The notes under the pieces: generated by a model | Databases searched by the model: none | Told to the model about the DNA's origin: nothing | The model's input: the letters and a program-made list of their open reading frames with translations, nothing else | Made by a program: the position numbers and the translations under genes | Shown: piece by piece, positions 48,021-57,661 of the stretch | Layout of the letters: every line of letters begins with the position of its first letter | Position numbering within the stretch: position 1 is the stretch's first letter | Assembly: GCA_964291315.2 (NCBI GenBank) | Contig: OZ219752.1 | Coordinates: 32,001-96,000, forward strand | Reading direction: 5' to 3' | Length of the DNA stretch: 64,000 bases | From: Candidatus Poribacteria bacterium | GTDB lineage: Bacteria; Poribacteria; WGA-4E; WGA-3G

Positions 48021-49094
48021 ATGTCGAAAACGATGCGCGGGATTATGTGCCGAGCCCCGTGGGATTACTGCCTTGAAGAGGTACCGATGCCAGTGGCCGG
48101 CCCCGGCGAGGTCCTTATTAAGGTGAGCACTTGTGGCATCTGTGCAAGCGACATCAAGTGTTATACAGGCGCGCCGCTGTTCTGGGGCGATGAACACCGA
48201 AAACCATACGTGGAAGCACCCGTTATCCCTGGACACGAATTCATCGGTGAGGTCGTAGACCTCGGTCCAGGGGCAGCGGAGAAGCACGGTCTCCAGATAG
48301 GCGATACCGCCATCGCAGAACAAATCGTACCTTGTTGGGAGTGCCGCTACTGCAAGACAGGAAAGTATTGGCTCTGCCAAGTCCACAATATCTACGGGTT
48401 CCAACCGGTTGTTAACGGCGGCATGGCGGACTATATGAAGTTTCCGGCGAGCTCGATCGTTTATAAAGTACCCTCTGATATTCCGACGGCAAGTGCAGCT
48501 GTAATAGAACCGCTCGCCTGCTCAATTCACGCTGTCCAACGCGGTAACGTAGAGTTCGGAGATGTCGTTGTGATTGCTGGTGCAGGAACGCTCGGACTTG
48601 GTATGATCGGAGCTGCAAAGTTGAAAAACCCGGGGACGCTCATCGCTGTTGACTTAATACCAAACAGACTAGAGGTTGCCAAGAAGTTGGGAGCGGATAT
48701 CGGAATCAATCCTTCGGAAACAGATGCCGTGCAAGAGGTGTTGGATCTTACGGAAGGCTACGGGTGCGATGTCTATATCGAGGCTACAGGACATCCAAAG
48801 GCGGTTGAACAGGGCCTGCACATGATCCGAAAAGCTGGCACGTTTGTCGAATTCAGCGTCATGCGAGAACCAGTGACTGTGGATTGGACTATCATCGGGG
48901 ACACAAAGGAGTTGAATATCCACGGTGCCGATCTGGGACCGTATGCCTATCTGTTGGCGATTGATTATATCCATCGCGGCTTAATAGAGGTCGAGCATAT
49001 CGTGACACACCAACTCCCCCTGGACGACTATCTGACCGGGTTTGAGATGGTTCAGAAAGGGACGAATTCGATTAAAGTGCAGTTGGTGCCGTGA
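48021..49094 (+). CDS. Zn-dependent polyol dehydrogenase (erythritol/L-threitol dehydrogenase-like)
   Basis: CGICASDIKC...FWGD...PGHEF, CWECRYCKTGKYWLC and GAGTLG motifs. Confidence 0.85.
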   Translation: MSKTMRGIMCRAPWDYCLEEVPMPVAGPGEVLIKVSTCGICASDIKCYTGAPLFWGDEHRKPYVEAPVIPGHEFIGEVVDLGPGAAEKHGLQIGDTAIAEQIVPCWECRYCKTGKYWLCQVHNIYGFQPVVNGGMADYMKFPASSIVYKVPSDIPTASAAVIEPLACSIHAVQRGNVEFGDVVVIAGAGTLGLGMIGAAKLKNPGTLIAVDLIPNRLEVAKKLGADIGINPSETDAVQEVLDLTEGYGCDVYIEATGHPKAVEQGLHMIRKAGTFVEFSVMREPVTVDWTIIGDTKELNIHGADLGPYAYLLAIDYIHRGLIEVEHIVTHQLPLDDYLTGFEMVQKGTNSIKVQLVP

Positions 49095-49171
49095 AAGTTA
49101 GCTAATTCTAAATAAAGCGAAACCGATGTCAGCTGTTGAAAGATCAGAGAAGCACCGGCTTCGCTGGCCAG

Positions 49172-49465
49172 CTATTTCATAACTGTTACCGTCCGGCAAT
49201 GGACCGAGACTTGACCAAGAACAAGGTTGATGATGGCATCAACTAGACCCACTGAGGTTGTGATCTCATAATCCGTTGCTTCCTCTGCTATTGTATTTGT
49301 GTCAACATCGTTAATTGGAACGAGTCCCCACAAAACATACCATTGTCGTTCTACTGTCATATCGATGCCTTGTGCACCTTTACCGACCTTGTGAACGTGT
49401 GCGGCACAGCCGATGACGAAGAGCGTTGCCACGATAAGGAAAAGAGCTGAAAGTTTTCTAAACAT
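49172..49465 (-). CDS. Bor/Iss-like small lipoprotein
   Basis: Lipobox VIGC and QWYVLWGLVP. Confidence 0.7.
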   Translation of the reverse strand: MFRKLSALFLIVATLFVIGCAAHVHKVGKGAQGIDMTVERQWYVLWGLVPINDVDTNTIAEEATDYEITTSVGLVDAIINLVLGQVSVHCRTVTVMK

Positions 49466-49502
49466 AAGTTTCTCCTTGGGTTGTGCCTGTAGAGCACAAC
49501 TA

Positions 49503-50132
49503 TTATTTGTGAATTAGATTAATAGAACCAATAGATGATTCAATGGCTCGTAGTTCTGTCGCGTAGACATTCTTGGGGACGCTATAATCTACTGCAAAAA
49601 CAAGCGCTTCTGGTGCGTCACATATCAGTTTAATAAGCACAAAATCAGCAGAAATAACCATTAATTGATGGACGCGAAATGGTTCTTTCATAAAAGCTGT
49701 TTGCCGGATCGTCGCATTAGGAAATTGGTTTTGGTAGGCCGTAGAGAGGGTTTTTAATAAAGTTTCATCTGGTGCACTCTCCACGCTCTTTAAGTGTGAT
49801 ACGACACACATTGCCCGTGAACCTTGATTGAAAAATATCCATCGCGGATCCATCTGTAGGGCCTGGGCAGTGAGCTGGGGCTCCAATTCGTTAACGACTT
49901 GGGCCAGCATTGAATCCTCAATCTTTTCCCAACCCTTCGGTACAGCTAGTGTGATCCTAAGTACAGTGTCTGTTACTGCCGGTTCAAGTCGGGATTCATC
50001 AACATTAAAAGCAAGTGTTTCGTAAGTGTGTTTCTGAGCGTTAGGCGAATCGCATCCGACGAAACCGACGGTCAGAATACCGTACAATAGAAATTGGAGA
50101 AAACCTGACCAATTTTTCAATGTTTGCTCCAC
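49503..50132 (-). CDS. Hypothetical lipoprotein
   Basis: Lipobox FVGC. Confidence 0.6.
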   Translation of the reverse strand: MEQTLKNWSGFLQFLLYGILTVGFVGCDSPNAQKHTYETLAFNVDESRLEPAVTDTVLRITLAVPKGWEKIEDSMLAQVVNELEPQLTAQALQMDPRWIFFNQGSRAMCVVSHLKSVESAPDETLLKTLSTAYQNQFPNATIRQTAFMKEPFRVHQLMVISADFVLIKLICDAPEALVFAVDYSVPKNVYATELRAIESSIGSINLIHK

Positions 50133-50248
50133 GCCGCTGAAGTTACCCTTTAAATATAGACTATTTTTCTATTAAATTCAAGAAAAAATGTTACGGATGT
50201 AATTGTCACCAAATTGATCAAGTCTAGAGACCCTTCTATTGTCCTTTC

Positions 50249-50818
50249 CTACCTGTATTCCAGAATTAGATTACGAAAATAAATCATAGGACATCGTGAT
50301 ATTTTTAGAAAGTCTTCGGGATGCTTATGCAATTTTCCTGCGGAATGAAAAGGTCCTGTTCTCCGTCTGCTCCTGTTAAAATTCATGTGTACAATGCTTA
50401 CAAATCGGTATTGATAACCATCAAGAAATCCTTTCGATTTCCAGAACGATCTCCCGATGCATTTGCAATAGTTGATAAAGCACGCTGCTCCTTTTAATTG
50501 TTGAGTAACGTGTGATGCAGACTTAGAGTCCATTTCTTGAGTCTCTATACAGACAATCCATTTTCTGTTGTATTTGTCGTTGGATACAATTACGAAATCA
50601 GCCCGCTTGCGTTCGCCCTTTTTCCCATTGAAAATAGTAATCGGATTCTTAAAATCTTCTGCCCTGATGACAATAGAGTCAGGTGGTAATCCTTTTATTT
50701 CTACAGTCGCCTTAGATTGCAAGTCGGTTAATTGAACAGAAGGCCTCCCCTGTTTTGAATGCAGCGTAACTTGGGCATCAGGGTTGAGCATTTCCTGCAA
50801 TATCTGTATGTCATTCAC
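50249..50818 (-). CDS. Hypothetical protein, PD-(D/E)xK nuclease-like
   Basis: RADFVIV...IVCIETQ...QQL pattern; directly downstream of the ATPase. GTG start at 50818 assumed. Confidence 0.55.
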   Translation of the reverse strand: MNDIQILQEMLNPDAQVTLHSKQGRPSVQLTDLQSKATVEIKGLPPDSIVIRAEDFKNPITIFNGKKGERKRADFVIVSNDKYNRKWIVCIETQEMDSKSASHVTQQLKGAACFINYCKCIGRSFWKSKGFLDGYQYRFVSIVHMNFNRSRRRTGPFHSAGKLHKHPEDFLKISRCPMIYFRNLILEYR

Positions 50819-50823
50819 AAGAC

Positions 50824-52218
50824 TTACTCTTCCCCCCACACAATTTCATCTTGAAGCCTGTTCATACTATTAATGGTCTTGTCAAAGCTGCTGACTTCAA
50901 TACCAAACCTTGGATGGGTTTTAGCAGGTACAAGCGTATACCCTCTTTTTCGTCTTTTCTGCCCATCCTCTAATGGCAGTAAAGCTTTTTCCGCGATATA
51001 CACTTTGACCTGATCAAGATTAATCAATTCGCTATCTTTATAGCCATTTTTCTCAGCAATTCTTTTCAAATGAGCCTTGTCCTGATTGAGCATGATGAGC
51101 GTATTGAGTTCTTTGACGATGTAATCGCTGTGGGTCGTTATAAAGACCTTAACACCTAAATTCGCAAGTCGTGCAAAGAGTCTGGCGATGCGGCGTTGAT
51201 TTTCTGGATGCAAGCTTAATTCCGGTTCGTCTACCATAAGCAAGTCGCCTTCTCTGGCCTCACAATAGAGATAAAAGTTGAGATCCAAGAGCGAACGGAC
51301 AGAGCTTGAACTCTGGTCCATTGTTAATCTTAGCCTAGTGCCTTTAGGAAGATAGTAAAGCAGGTCGCTTTGTGTAATCACATACGTCCCACCAACGATA
51401 TCTGTAAAATCATCCAAGACTTCAGGGTGTTCCTTAGCAATGAAGCTCTTTCTTTTCGCAATATCGCTAATTTGGCGCGTAAAGTCGACATTATCTTCTA
51501 CGGGAACAGGATAATTTTTATACGATTTCGATAGCAAGTCTAGCGGATCAATCTTTTGATCCGACCGACCGATTTCATCAAGCAGACGGTTCCGGGAGAA
51601 ATTGAGTTCTTTCGAAAAAATAGCCGCCCCTGTACGCTCAACCGAGGAAATAAAAGGGCGCGGCAAAGAATTGGAGAAGATAGCACTGCTGATAGTGAAA
51701 CGCAAGGCATCCTTTACAAAAATAGGATTAATTTTTGTTTGTTTTTTCCTGTCAACTGCCAGAGCAAATATTAGCACCCTACTCCCGCTTTCCTTTGAAG
51801 CAGTGAAGAACGGTTCTTGATCGATTTCTATTTCAGTTCTAAATCCTTGATCGCGTTCACTAATTGTACTCAGTTCGATATGAAATTCACTGTGCTGGAA
51901 CGTTCCTTCAGGGGCCGCAAAAACCGCATCCAGTTGTTCGCAGTAATTCTTACACGCTTCTGCAAGCATCTGGTTTGCCTTTTCAACATATGGTGTTAGC
52001 TCAATCTTGAGGGCGCCGTCTGACTGTAGCGTGCGAATCTGAGCATCATCAATCGGAACATTGATAAATTTACGCCAAGACTCTAAGAAACCGTACAGCG
52101 TATAAGCGGTATATGTTTTACCAGTATTATTCTCACCGCAGATGAGTGTCAAATCACCCAATGAGAATTCTGCTTGTTTTAGGATGCCAATATTTTTTAA
52201 GCGACCTGTAAGGCTCAT
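50824..52218 (-). CDS. AAA_15/AAA_21 (ABC-type) ATPase
   Basis: Walker A GENNTGKT, Walker B/D-loop MVDEPELSLHP and H-loop ITTHS. Confidence 0.88.
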   Translation of the reverse strand: MSLTGRLKNIGILKQAEFSLGDLTLICGENNTGKTYTAYTLYGFLESWRKFINVPIDDAQIRTLQSDGALKIELTPYVEKANQMLAEACKNYCEQLDAVFAAPEGTFQHSEFHIELSTISERDQGFRTEIEIDQEPFFTASKESGSRVLIFALAVDRKKQTKINPIFVKDALRFTISSAIFSNSLPRPFISSVERTGAAIFSKELNFSRNRLLDEIGRSDQKIDPLDLLSKSYKNYPVPVEDNVDFTRQISDIAKRKSFIAKEHPEVLDDFTDIVGGTYVITQSDLLYYLPKGTRLRLTMDQSSSSVRSLLDLNFYLYCEAREGDLLMVDEPELSLHPENQRRIARLFARLANLGVKVFITTHSDYIVKELNTLIMLNQDKAHLKRIAEKNGYKDSELINLDQVKVYIAEKALLPLEDGQKRRKRGYTLVPAKTHPRFGIEVSSFDKTINSMNRLQDEIVWGEE

Positions 52219-52330
52219 ACTGATACCTCCACAATCGGTATTCTGTCACCGCCAAAATAGGAATCATGAAATCCTGGACGTAAAGTTGCGAGTGTCAGTG
52301 CAGCAGTGTACTTGCGGGGTTGTCCGTTGG

Positions 52331-54394
52331 CTATTGTAGCAGCTGCACAAGCTCCTCGACATCCGTGGTTGGCGCTTGACAGACGTAATTCTCACAGACA
52401 TACGCCGTTGCAGTGTCGTTAATTTGGGTCCTACCAGCGAGGAGCGGTAGTGTTTGCCCATCAGCAGACTCACTCAAGGCGACGATTTTGTTCGGTTGAT
52501 AGATGCTGTGCACCGCCGCTAACATAGATTCCGTTCTGACATCGCCTCTTTTGCCAACAATCACAACCTCTTTCGGTGTGGACAGTAGGAAGGCTAGCTC
52601 ACAGAGGAGTTGACCTGATCCGGATGGCATCCCTTCTATCTGATGGCAGTAAAGTCGCAGTGTCTCAACGGCTTTGTCGTGGAATTCAGGGGCATCAAGA
52701 TGTTTGGCTAGTCGCAGTAGACTGTGGATCGCCATGGACGCGCCAGAAGGCGCAGCACCGTCATAAGCAGATTTCGATTGGACGATGAGCGTTTCGTGCG
52801 CTTTACCGGTGGAGAAGAAGCCTGCACCCGTGTCGTCTTCGAACTGTTCGATCATAAGGGACGCAAGACGCTCGGCTTCCGTGAGCCATCTAGGTTCAAA
52901 ACTGGCTTCGTAGAGTGCGATCAACCCGGCAATGAAATAGGAGTAGTCTTCAAGATATGCGTTAAGGTGGCTCTTGCCATCACGATAGGTGCGTAAGAGC
53001 AGCCCACTGTCTTGGGTGAGCGTCGTCAAGACGAATTCAGCAGATTTTTCGCATGCTTCAAGGTATGCAAGCTTCCCTGTCAGTTGGTATCCGATCGCCA
53101 TACCGCGAATCATAAGACCGTTCCAACTGGTTAGGACTTTGTCGTCCAACCCGGGTTTAATCCGTTTTTCTCTCTCCTCAAATAGTTTTTGTTTTCCATT
53201 TGCAAGGAGAGCTTCCAGTTCTGCAACATCCATACGCAGCTTTCGAGCAAAAACATCAGGTGCGGTTTGGATGTGAAGGATGTTTTCTCCTTCAAAGTTG
53301 CCTTGTGGCGTGATGTCGTAATACTCACAGAAGATTTCGGCATTTTCTTCTCCGATGATGGCTTCCACGTCGTTTGGTTCCCAGACGAAGAATTTACCCT
53401 CTACACCTTCGCTATCGGCATCTTGGGTGGAATAGAACCCCCCGTTTTCAGCGTCGTACATCTCACGAAGGACATAATCAAGCGTTTCCACGGCTATGTC
53501 CCGGTAGAAGGGCTTTTGGGTGGCTTGATACGCTTCAAAATAAGCAACGACGAGTTGGGCATTGTCGTAGAGCATCTTCTCGAAGTGTGGAACCAGCCAA
53601 TGGGCGTCGGTAGAGTATCGGTGGAAACCGCCGCCGATTTGGTCATACAGGCCCCCACGTGCCATCTTCTCCAATGTTAGCTCTACCATCTCCAAGGCGT
53701 TCGGGTTGCCACTATGGTGCCAATAGCGAAGTAGGAAAGGCAATCCCATACTAGGCGGGAATTTCGGAGCATTACCGAATCCGCCGTGCTGCGCATCGAA
53801 TTGAGACCTGTAGTTTTGAAACGCCTGAGTCATGAGTTCTTCAGTAAGCTCATGGGAGTGTGGATCGGCAACGTTGCTTATCTGCGCGAGACGTGTTGTG
53901 ATTTGCTCCGCTTGCTGCAGCACTTGTGTTTTCTGACCGCTGAACGCCTCTGCCACAGCGTGCATCACTTTCGGAAATCCGGGTCTGCCATATCGATCGG
54001 CCGGCGGATAATAGGTTCCGCCGTAGAAAGGTTTAAGATCCGGAGTGAGGAAAACAGTCATGGGCCAGCCACCTTGACGTGCCATCATCTGGACCGCATT
54101 CATGTAGATTTCATCTAAATCCGGACGTTCTTCTCTGTCTACCTTGATGTTGACGAAAAGTTTGTTCATGACCGCAGCGATCTCTTCGTTTTCAAAGGAT
54201 TCACGTTCCATGACGTGGCACCAATGGCATGCAGAGTAGCCGATACTCAAGAGGATCGGTTTTTGCTCCTGCTGGGCGCGTGCCAAGGCTTCCTCGCCCC
54301 ACGGATACCAATCCACCGGGTTGTGCGCATGCTGGAGTAGATAGGGGCTTGTTTCATGGATAAGTCGGTTCGTGTGTTTTGGGGTGTCGTGCAT
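52331..54394 (-). CDS. Thioredoxin domain-containing protein, YyaL/SSP411 family
   Basis: [28 protein letters not shown] and [11 protein letters not shown] motifs. Confidence 0.93.
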   Translation of the reverse strand: MHDTPKHTNRLIHETSPYLLQHAHNPVDWYPWGEEALARAQQEQKPILLSIGYSACHWCHVMERESFENEEIAAVMNKLFVNIKVDREERPDLDEIYMNAVQMMARQGGWPMTVFLTPDLKPFYGGTYYPPADRYGRPGFPKVMHAVAEAFSGQKTQVLQQAEQITTRLAQISNVADPHSHELTEELMTQAFQNYRSQFDAQHGGFGNAPKFPPSMGLPFLLRYWHHSGNPNALEMVELTLEKMARGGLYDQIGGGFHRYSTDAHWLVPHFEKMLYDNAQLVVAYFEAYQATQKPFYRDIAVETLDYVLREMYDAENGGFYSTQDADSEGVEGKFFVWEPNDVEAIIGEENAEIFCEYYDITPQGNFEGENILHIQTAPDVFARKLRMDVAELEALLANGKQKLFEEREKRIKPGLDDKVLTSWNGLMIRGMAIGYQLTGKLAYLEACEKSAEFVLTTLTQDSGLLLRTYRDGKSHLNAYLEDYSYFIAGLIALYEASFEPRWLTEAERLASLMIEQFEDDTGAGFFSTGKAHETLIVQSKSAYDGAAPSGASMAIHSLLRLAKHLDAPEFHDKAVETLRLYCHQIEGMPSGSGQLLCELAFLLSTPKEVVIVGKRGDVRTESMLAAVHSIYQPNKIVALSESADGQTLPLLAGRTQINDTATAYVCENYVCQAPTTDVEELVQLLQ

Positions 54395-54472
54395 CAGTTT
54401 TTCTCCAGCATTATAAGGGTGAGGTTGACGTTATTATAAAGTATCCGGATCCTCTAAATCAGATAAATCAGA

Positions 54473-54544
54473 TACCGCTACGGGGATTCGAACCCCGGTT
54501 TGGTGGCTGAGAACCACCCGTCCTAACCCCTAGACGATAGCGGC
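54473..54544 (-). tRNA. tRNA-Glu(CTC)
   Basis: GCCGCTA...GGTGG-TTCTCAG-CCACC...GGTTCGAATCC...TAGCGGTA; CCA not encoded. Confidence 0.93.
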
Positions 54545-54566
54545 ACATTGATATAACAGAAAAAAA

Positions 54567-54637
54567 CTGCCCGAGAAGGACTCGAACCTTCACTACGTGG
54601 TCCAGAGCCACGCGTCCTACCATTAGACGATCGGGCA
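54567..54637 (-). tRNA. tRNA-Gln(CTG)
   Basis: TGCCCGA...CGTGG-CTCTGGA-CCACG...GGTTCGAGTCC...TCGGGCAG; CCA not encoded. Confidence 0.93.
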
Positions 54638-54658
54638 TCTATACCTGCTGCTCCTTTA

Positions 54659-54687
54659 AGTATACCTTAAACACGAAGGCTTGTCAA
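54659..54687 (-). promoter_or_regulatory. sigma70 promoter of the tRNA pair
   Basis: TTGACA-17 bp-TATACT, about 20 nt upstream of tRNA-Gln. Confidence 0.8.
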
Positions 54688-54720
54688 TCTTTTCACTCGT
54701 CTGAATTCTGCGACTCAGAC

Positions 54721-55995
54721 TCAGCGGGATACGGGCTTCACACAACGGAACCCGACGCCAGAGGTCATGTAACCTGGCGACGTACCAGTGTAGCGATAGC
54801 TGACCCGCAATTGTCTTACTTCTGCGCCCCACCCGCCGCCGCGGAAGATGCGCTGAGACACAATATCTGTATAGTTATCTAATAACCACCTGATACTGGG
54901 TGCACCCGATAGAGGGTTATAGGTAGGAGAAACCGAATAGAAGTCGTATATCGCCTCATCCAAACACCATTCAGCGACATTCCCCGCCATATCATACAGA
55001 CGATACCCATTCGCCGCATAACTCCCTACCGGTGTCTTGTAACCGACATTATTGCCGTAGTTCGCACGCGTCCTGTCAATCGTGTCGCCCCAAGGATAAT
55101 CGCGTCCCGATAGTCCGCCGCGGGCGGCATATTCCCACTCCGCCTCGGTAGGGAGTCGCTTGCCTGCCCATCTGGCGTATGCCATCGCACCATACCAACT
55201 CACATAACCAACTGGATGGTCCGCATATCCAGCCTTCACACGATACACACCGTCTACTAACTCAATGACCCCTCTGCCGATATCCAAATAGGTCCTCAAA
55301 TAGGTCTTGCCGGCATCGACATGTTTACCAATGGCATTCAAAAACGCAGCGTATTTGGCATTCGTTACCTCGTGTATATCCATGTAAAATGAATCTACGT
55401 AGACAGTATGGACGGGCTGCTCACCCGGATAAGAATCTGCATCGTTCCTGCCCATCTCAAACTCGCCCGCAGGAATTAATACCATGCCTGCAGGAGCCGA
55501 CAGAGGACCACCCACACGCACCCAAGCTGAAGTGACCGACACTTTAGAACCGCCCGAATGCTTCATAAAACCTGTCTTCTGAACCAACGCCTTCCGAGAA
55601 CCGCTCACATAACTCAAATCAGACGACCTCACAGAGGCACCTATCTTATCAGATGCTATCGTAAACGAATAATACGGATTAACCCAAAAGTCAAACGTAG
55701 ACGTGCTCCTCTCCGGTTTTATCGCTACACCCGAACGCGAGATACGGAAATAGATGCTGTTATCTGACCACGCATAAAACTTTCGCGTTTCACCCGGCAA
55801 CAGACGATAATACCCGCGCGTCCGAAACCCGCTCGGAATATCGTCCTTTGCAGGCCGCCATGTCGAATGAATCACATACAAATGCTTATTTGTCTTGTTG
55901 GTCATAAGGGTCGCTTTCCATTGTGCCTCTGCTAACTGAGCAACTGCAAACATAAGCATGGCAAGAATGGATAGGGCGAATACACTTCTGCGCAT
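54721..55995 (-). CDS. Secreted FGE-sulfatase/CLec-fold protein, paralog of the DGR target
   Basis: Shares LYVIHSTWRPAK...IPSGFRTRGYYRL.PGETRKFY.WSDNSIYF and the FGE-domain motifs with 1431-2822, but lacks the Pro/Thr linker. Confidence 0.9.
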   Translation of the reverse strand: MRRSVFALSILAMLMFAVAQLAEAQWKATLMTNKTNKHLYVIHSTWRPAKDDIPSGFRTRGYYRLLPGETRKFYAWSDNSIYFRISRSGVAIKPERSTSTFDFWVNPYYSFTIASDKIGASVRSSDLSYVSGSRKALVQKTGFMKHSGGSKVSVTSAWVRVGGPLSAPAGMVLIPAGEFEMGRNDADSYPGEQPVHTVYVDSFYMDIHEVTNAKYAAFLNAIGKHVDAGKTYLRTYLDIGRGVIELVDGVYRVKAGYADHPVGYVSWYGAMAYARWAGKRLPTEAEWEYAARGGLSGRDYPWGDTIDRTRANYGNNVGYKTPVGSYAANGYRLYDMAGNVAEWCLDEAIYDFYSVSPTYNPLSGAPSIRWLLDNYTDIVSQRIFRGGGWGAEVRQLRVSYRYTGTSPGYMTSGVGFRCVKPVSR

Positions 55996-56087
55996 TTTAG
56001 ATCTCCTTTTTGTTTTCTAGGTTATGTTACGGCACACAACACATGCCTATTCCCTTTCACACCTAATTTATTATCAATACTTTGCGG

Positions 56088-56145
56088 GTCACACCGCACG
56101 AGACTTGCTACGGTAGCCCCCCTGTGCCTGATGTTCCCACATCAA
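56088..56145 (-). pseudogene. Short remnant of an FlgD/T9SS-like domain gene
   Basis: Reads HQAQGGYRSKSRAV* versus HQVPGVYRSKSRSVYW in 2978-3541; shares TACCGTAGCAAGTCTCG. Confidence 0.55.
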
Positions 56146-56154
56146 CTTAAATGC

Positions 56155-57654
56155 CTACTGCATCGGTATGACCGAGACCGAGATATTGGAGAGCGTATAG
56201 AAGATATTAATGAACCCGATGAGGATTGTTGGAATAACAAAAATGCTCAAGAGAGCAAAGGTGCCGGTGGAAAAGGAGGGGCGCGGGGTTTCCTCACCAG
56301 AATCTTCAAGATACATCGCTTTCACAATCCGAGCGTAATAATAGAGCGAAACAACACTATTGATCAGACCGATAAATGCCAGCCAGTAATACCCTTGTTC
56401 CAGAACAGCAGCAAAGAGGAGCCATTTTCCGAAGAAGCCGGCAAAGGGCGGGATACCCGTTAGTGAAAACAGGAAAATCGCCATTGCTCCGGCGACTAAC
56501 GGCGCACGTGAGGCGAGCCCGCGATACCCTTCAATCATCTCGCTACCTTCCTCATTCGCAATGAGGACCACCACATAAAAAGCTCCTAAGTTCATAAAGA
56601 GATAAACAATGAGGTAGAAGAGGATCGCCCCAACCCCCTCAGATGTGAGCAAAACGCCCCCCATCAATAGATACCCACCGTGGGCGATGCTTGAATATGC
56701 CAATAGACGTTTCACGTTCTGTTGAGGGAGCGCCGCGAGGTTTCCGACGCTCATCGTCAGAGCGGAGACGATCGCTAACATGAGCGTCCAGTCAACGGAT
56801 TGCATGACTTCAGAACTACTGAATCCCGAATAGAAGAACCTAATGAACAAGGCAAATCCAGCGGATTTTGAGGCAACCGATAAGAACGCGGTTATCGGGA
56901 TAGGTGCCCCCTCGTAAACATCAGGAGACCACATGTGGAAAGGCACGGAAGCTATCTTATAGCCGACACCGGCGAGGATGAAAATTATTGCAATTAAGAG
57001 AGCTAGCGGATACACTTCGCCTGTTGCCAACAATTCAGTGAGATTTGCGCTAATTTGTACAAGATCCCCAGTGCCTGTCAGACCGAACAAAAGAGAAAGT
57101 CCGAACAGCATCGTCCCAGAGGCAACCGCACCGTAGGTGATGTACTTGAATGCGGCTTCGCTTGAACGCGGGCTATGTGTCAGAAACCCAGCGAGAATGT
57201 AGGAGGTCAAACTCACAGTTTCCAACGAAATGAATATCATCAGCAGGTTGGTTGAAGATGTCATCAAGAACATTCCGAGGGTGATCGCTAACAAGAGTGC
57301 GTAGTACTCGCCCTTCAACCGGCCATCGAGTTCATCGGAACGAAAAGAAAAAAGAATGGTTGCGGCGGTCGCCATCAACAATAGGATCTTAAAAAATGTA
57401 GAAAAAACATCGAGCCGAATCATCCCTAAAAAGAGGGAGACAGATTTTTCTTCACCCAGTTGGGCGTGCGTGACAAGAACTGCGATGAACACACAGCCGA
57501 TACCTACGAGCGAGATATAGGCAACTGCGGCACTCTCTCTGTTTTTCACACCGAGATCGATGAGAACAACGGCGATGGCAAAAAGGACTAACAAGAGTTC
57601 TGGACTGAAATAGAGAAGGCTTTCGATATTGCTTAAAGGTTGCATACCTGACAA
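56155..57654 (-). CDS. nuoN: NADH-quinone oxidoreductase subunit N
   Basis: EAAFKY, VPFHMWSPDVYEGAP, KRLLAYSSIAH and GIPPFAGFFGK motifs. Confidence 0.95.
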   Translation of the reverse strand: MSGMQPLSNIESLLYFSPELLLVLFAIAVVLIDLGVKNRESAAVAYISLVGIGCVFIAVLVTHAQLGEEKSVSLFLGMIRLDVFSTFFKILLLMATAATILFSFRSDELDGRLKGEYYALLLAITLGMFLMTSSTNLLMIFISLETVSLTSYILAGFLTHSPRSSEAAFKYITYGAVASGTMLFGLSLLFGLTGTGDLVQISANLTELLATGEVYPLALLIAIIFILAGVGYKIASVPFHMWSPDVYEGAPIPITAFLSVASKSAGFALFIRFFYSGFSSSEVMQSVDWTLMLAIVSALTMSVGNLAALPQQNVKRLLAYSSIAHGGYLLMGGVLLTSEGVGAILFYLIVYLFMNLGAFYVVVLIANEEGSEMIEGYRGLASRAPLVAGAMAIFLFSLTGIPPFAGFFGKWLLFAAVLEQGYYWLAFIGLINSVVSLYYYARIVKAMYLEDSGEETPRPSFSTGTFALLSIFVIPTILIGFINIFYTLSNISVSVIPMQ

Positions 57655-57661
57655 AAACCTC

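Noticed and set aside
54473-54637. tRNA pair as the integration site of an island
   Set aside because: No integrase and no duplicated tRNA 3' end seen, and the paralog lies upstream of the tRNAs.
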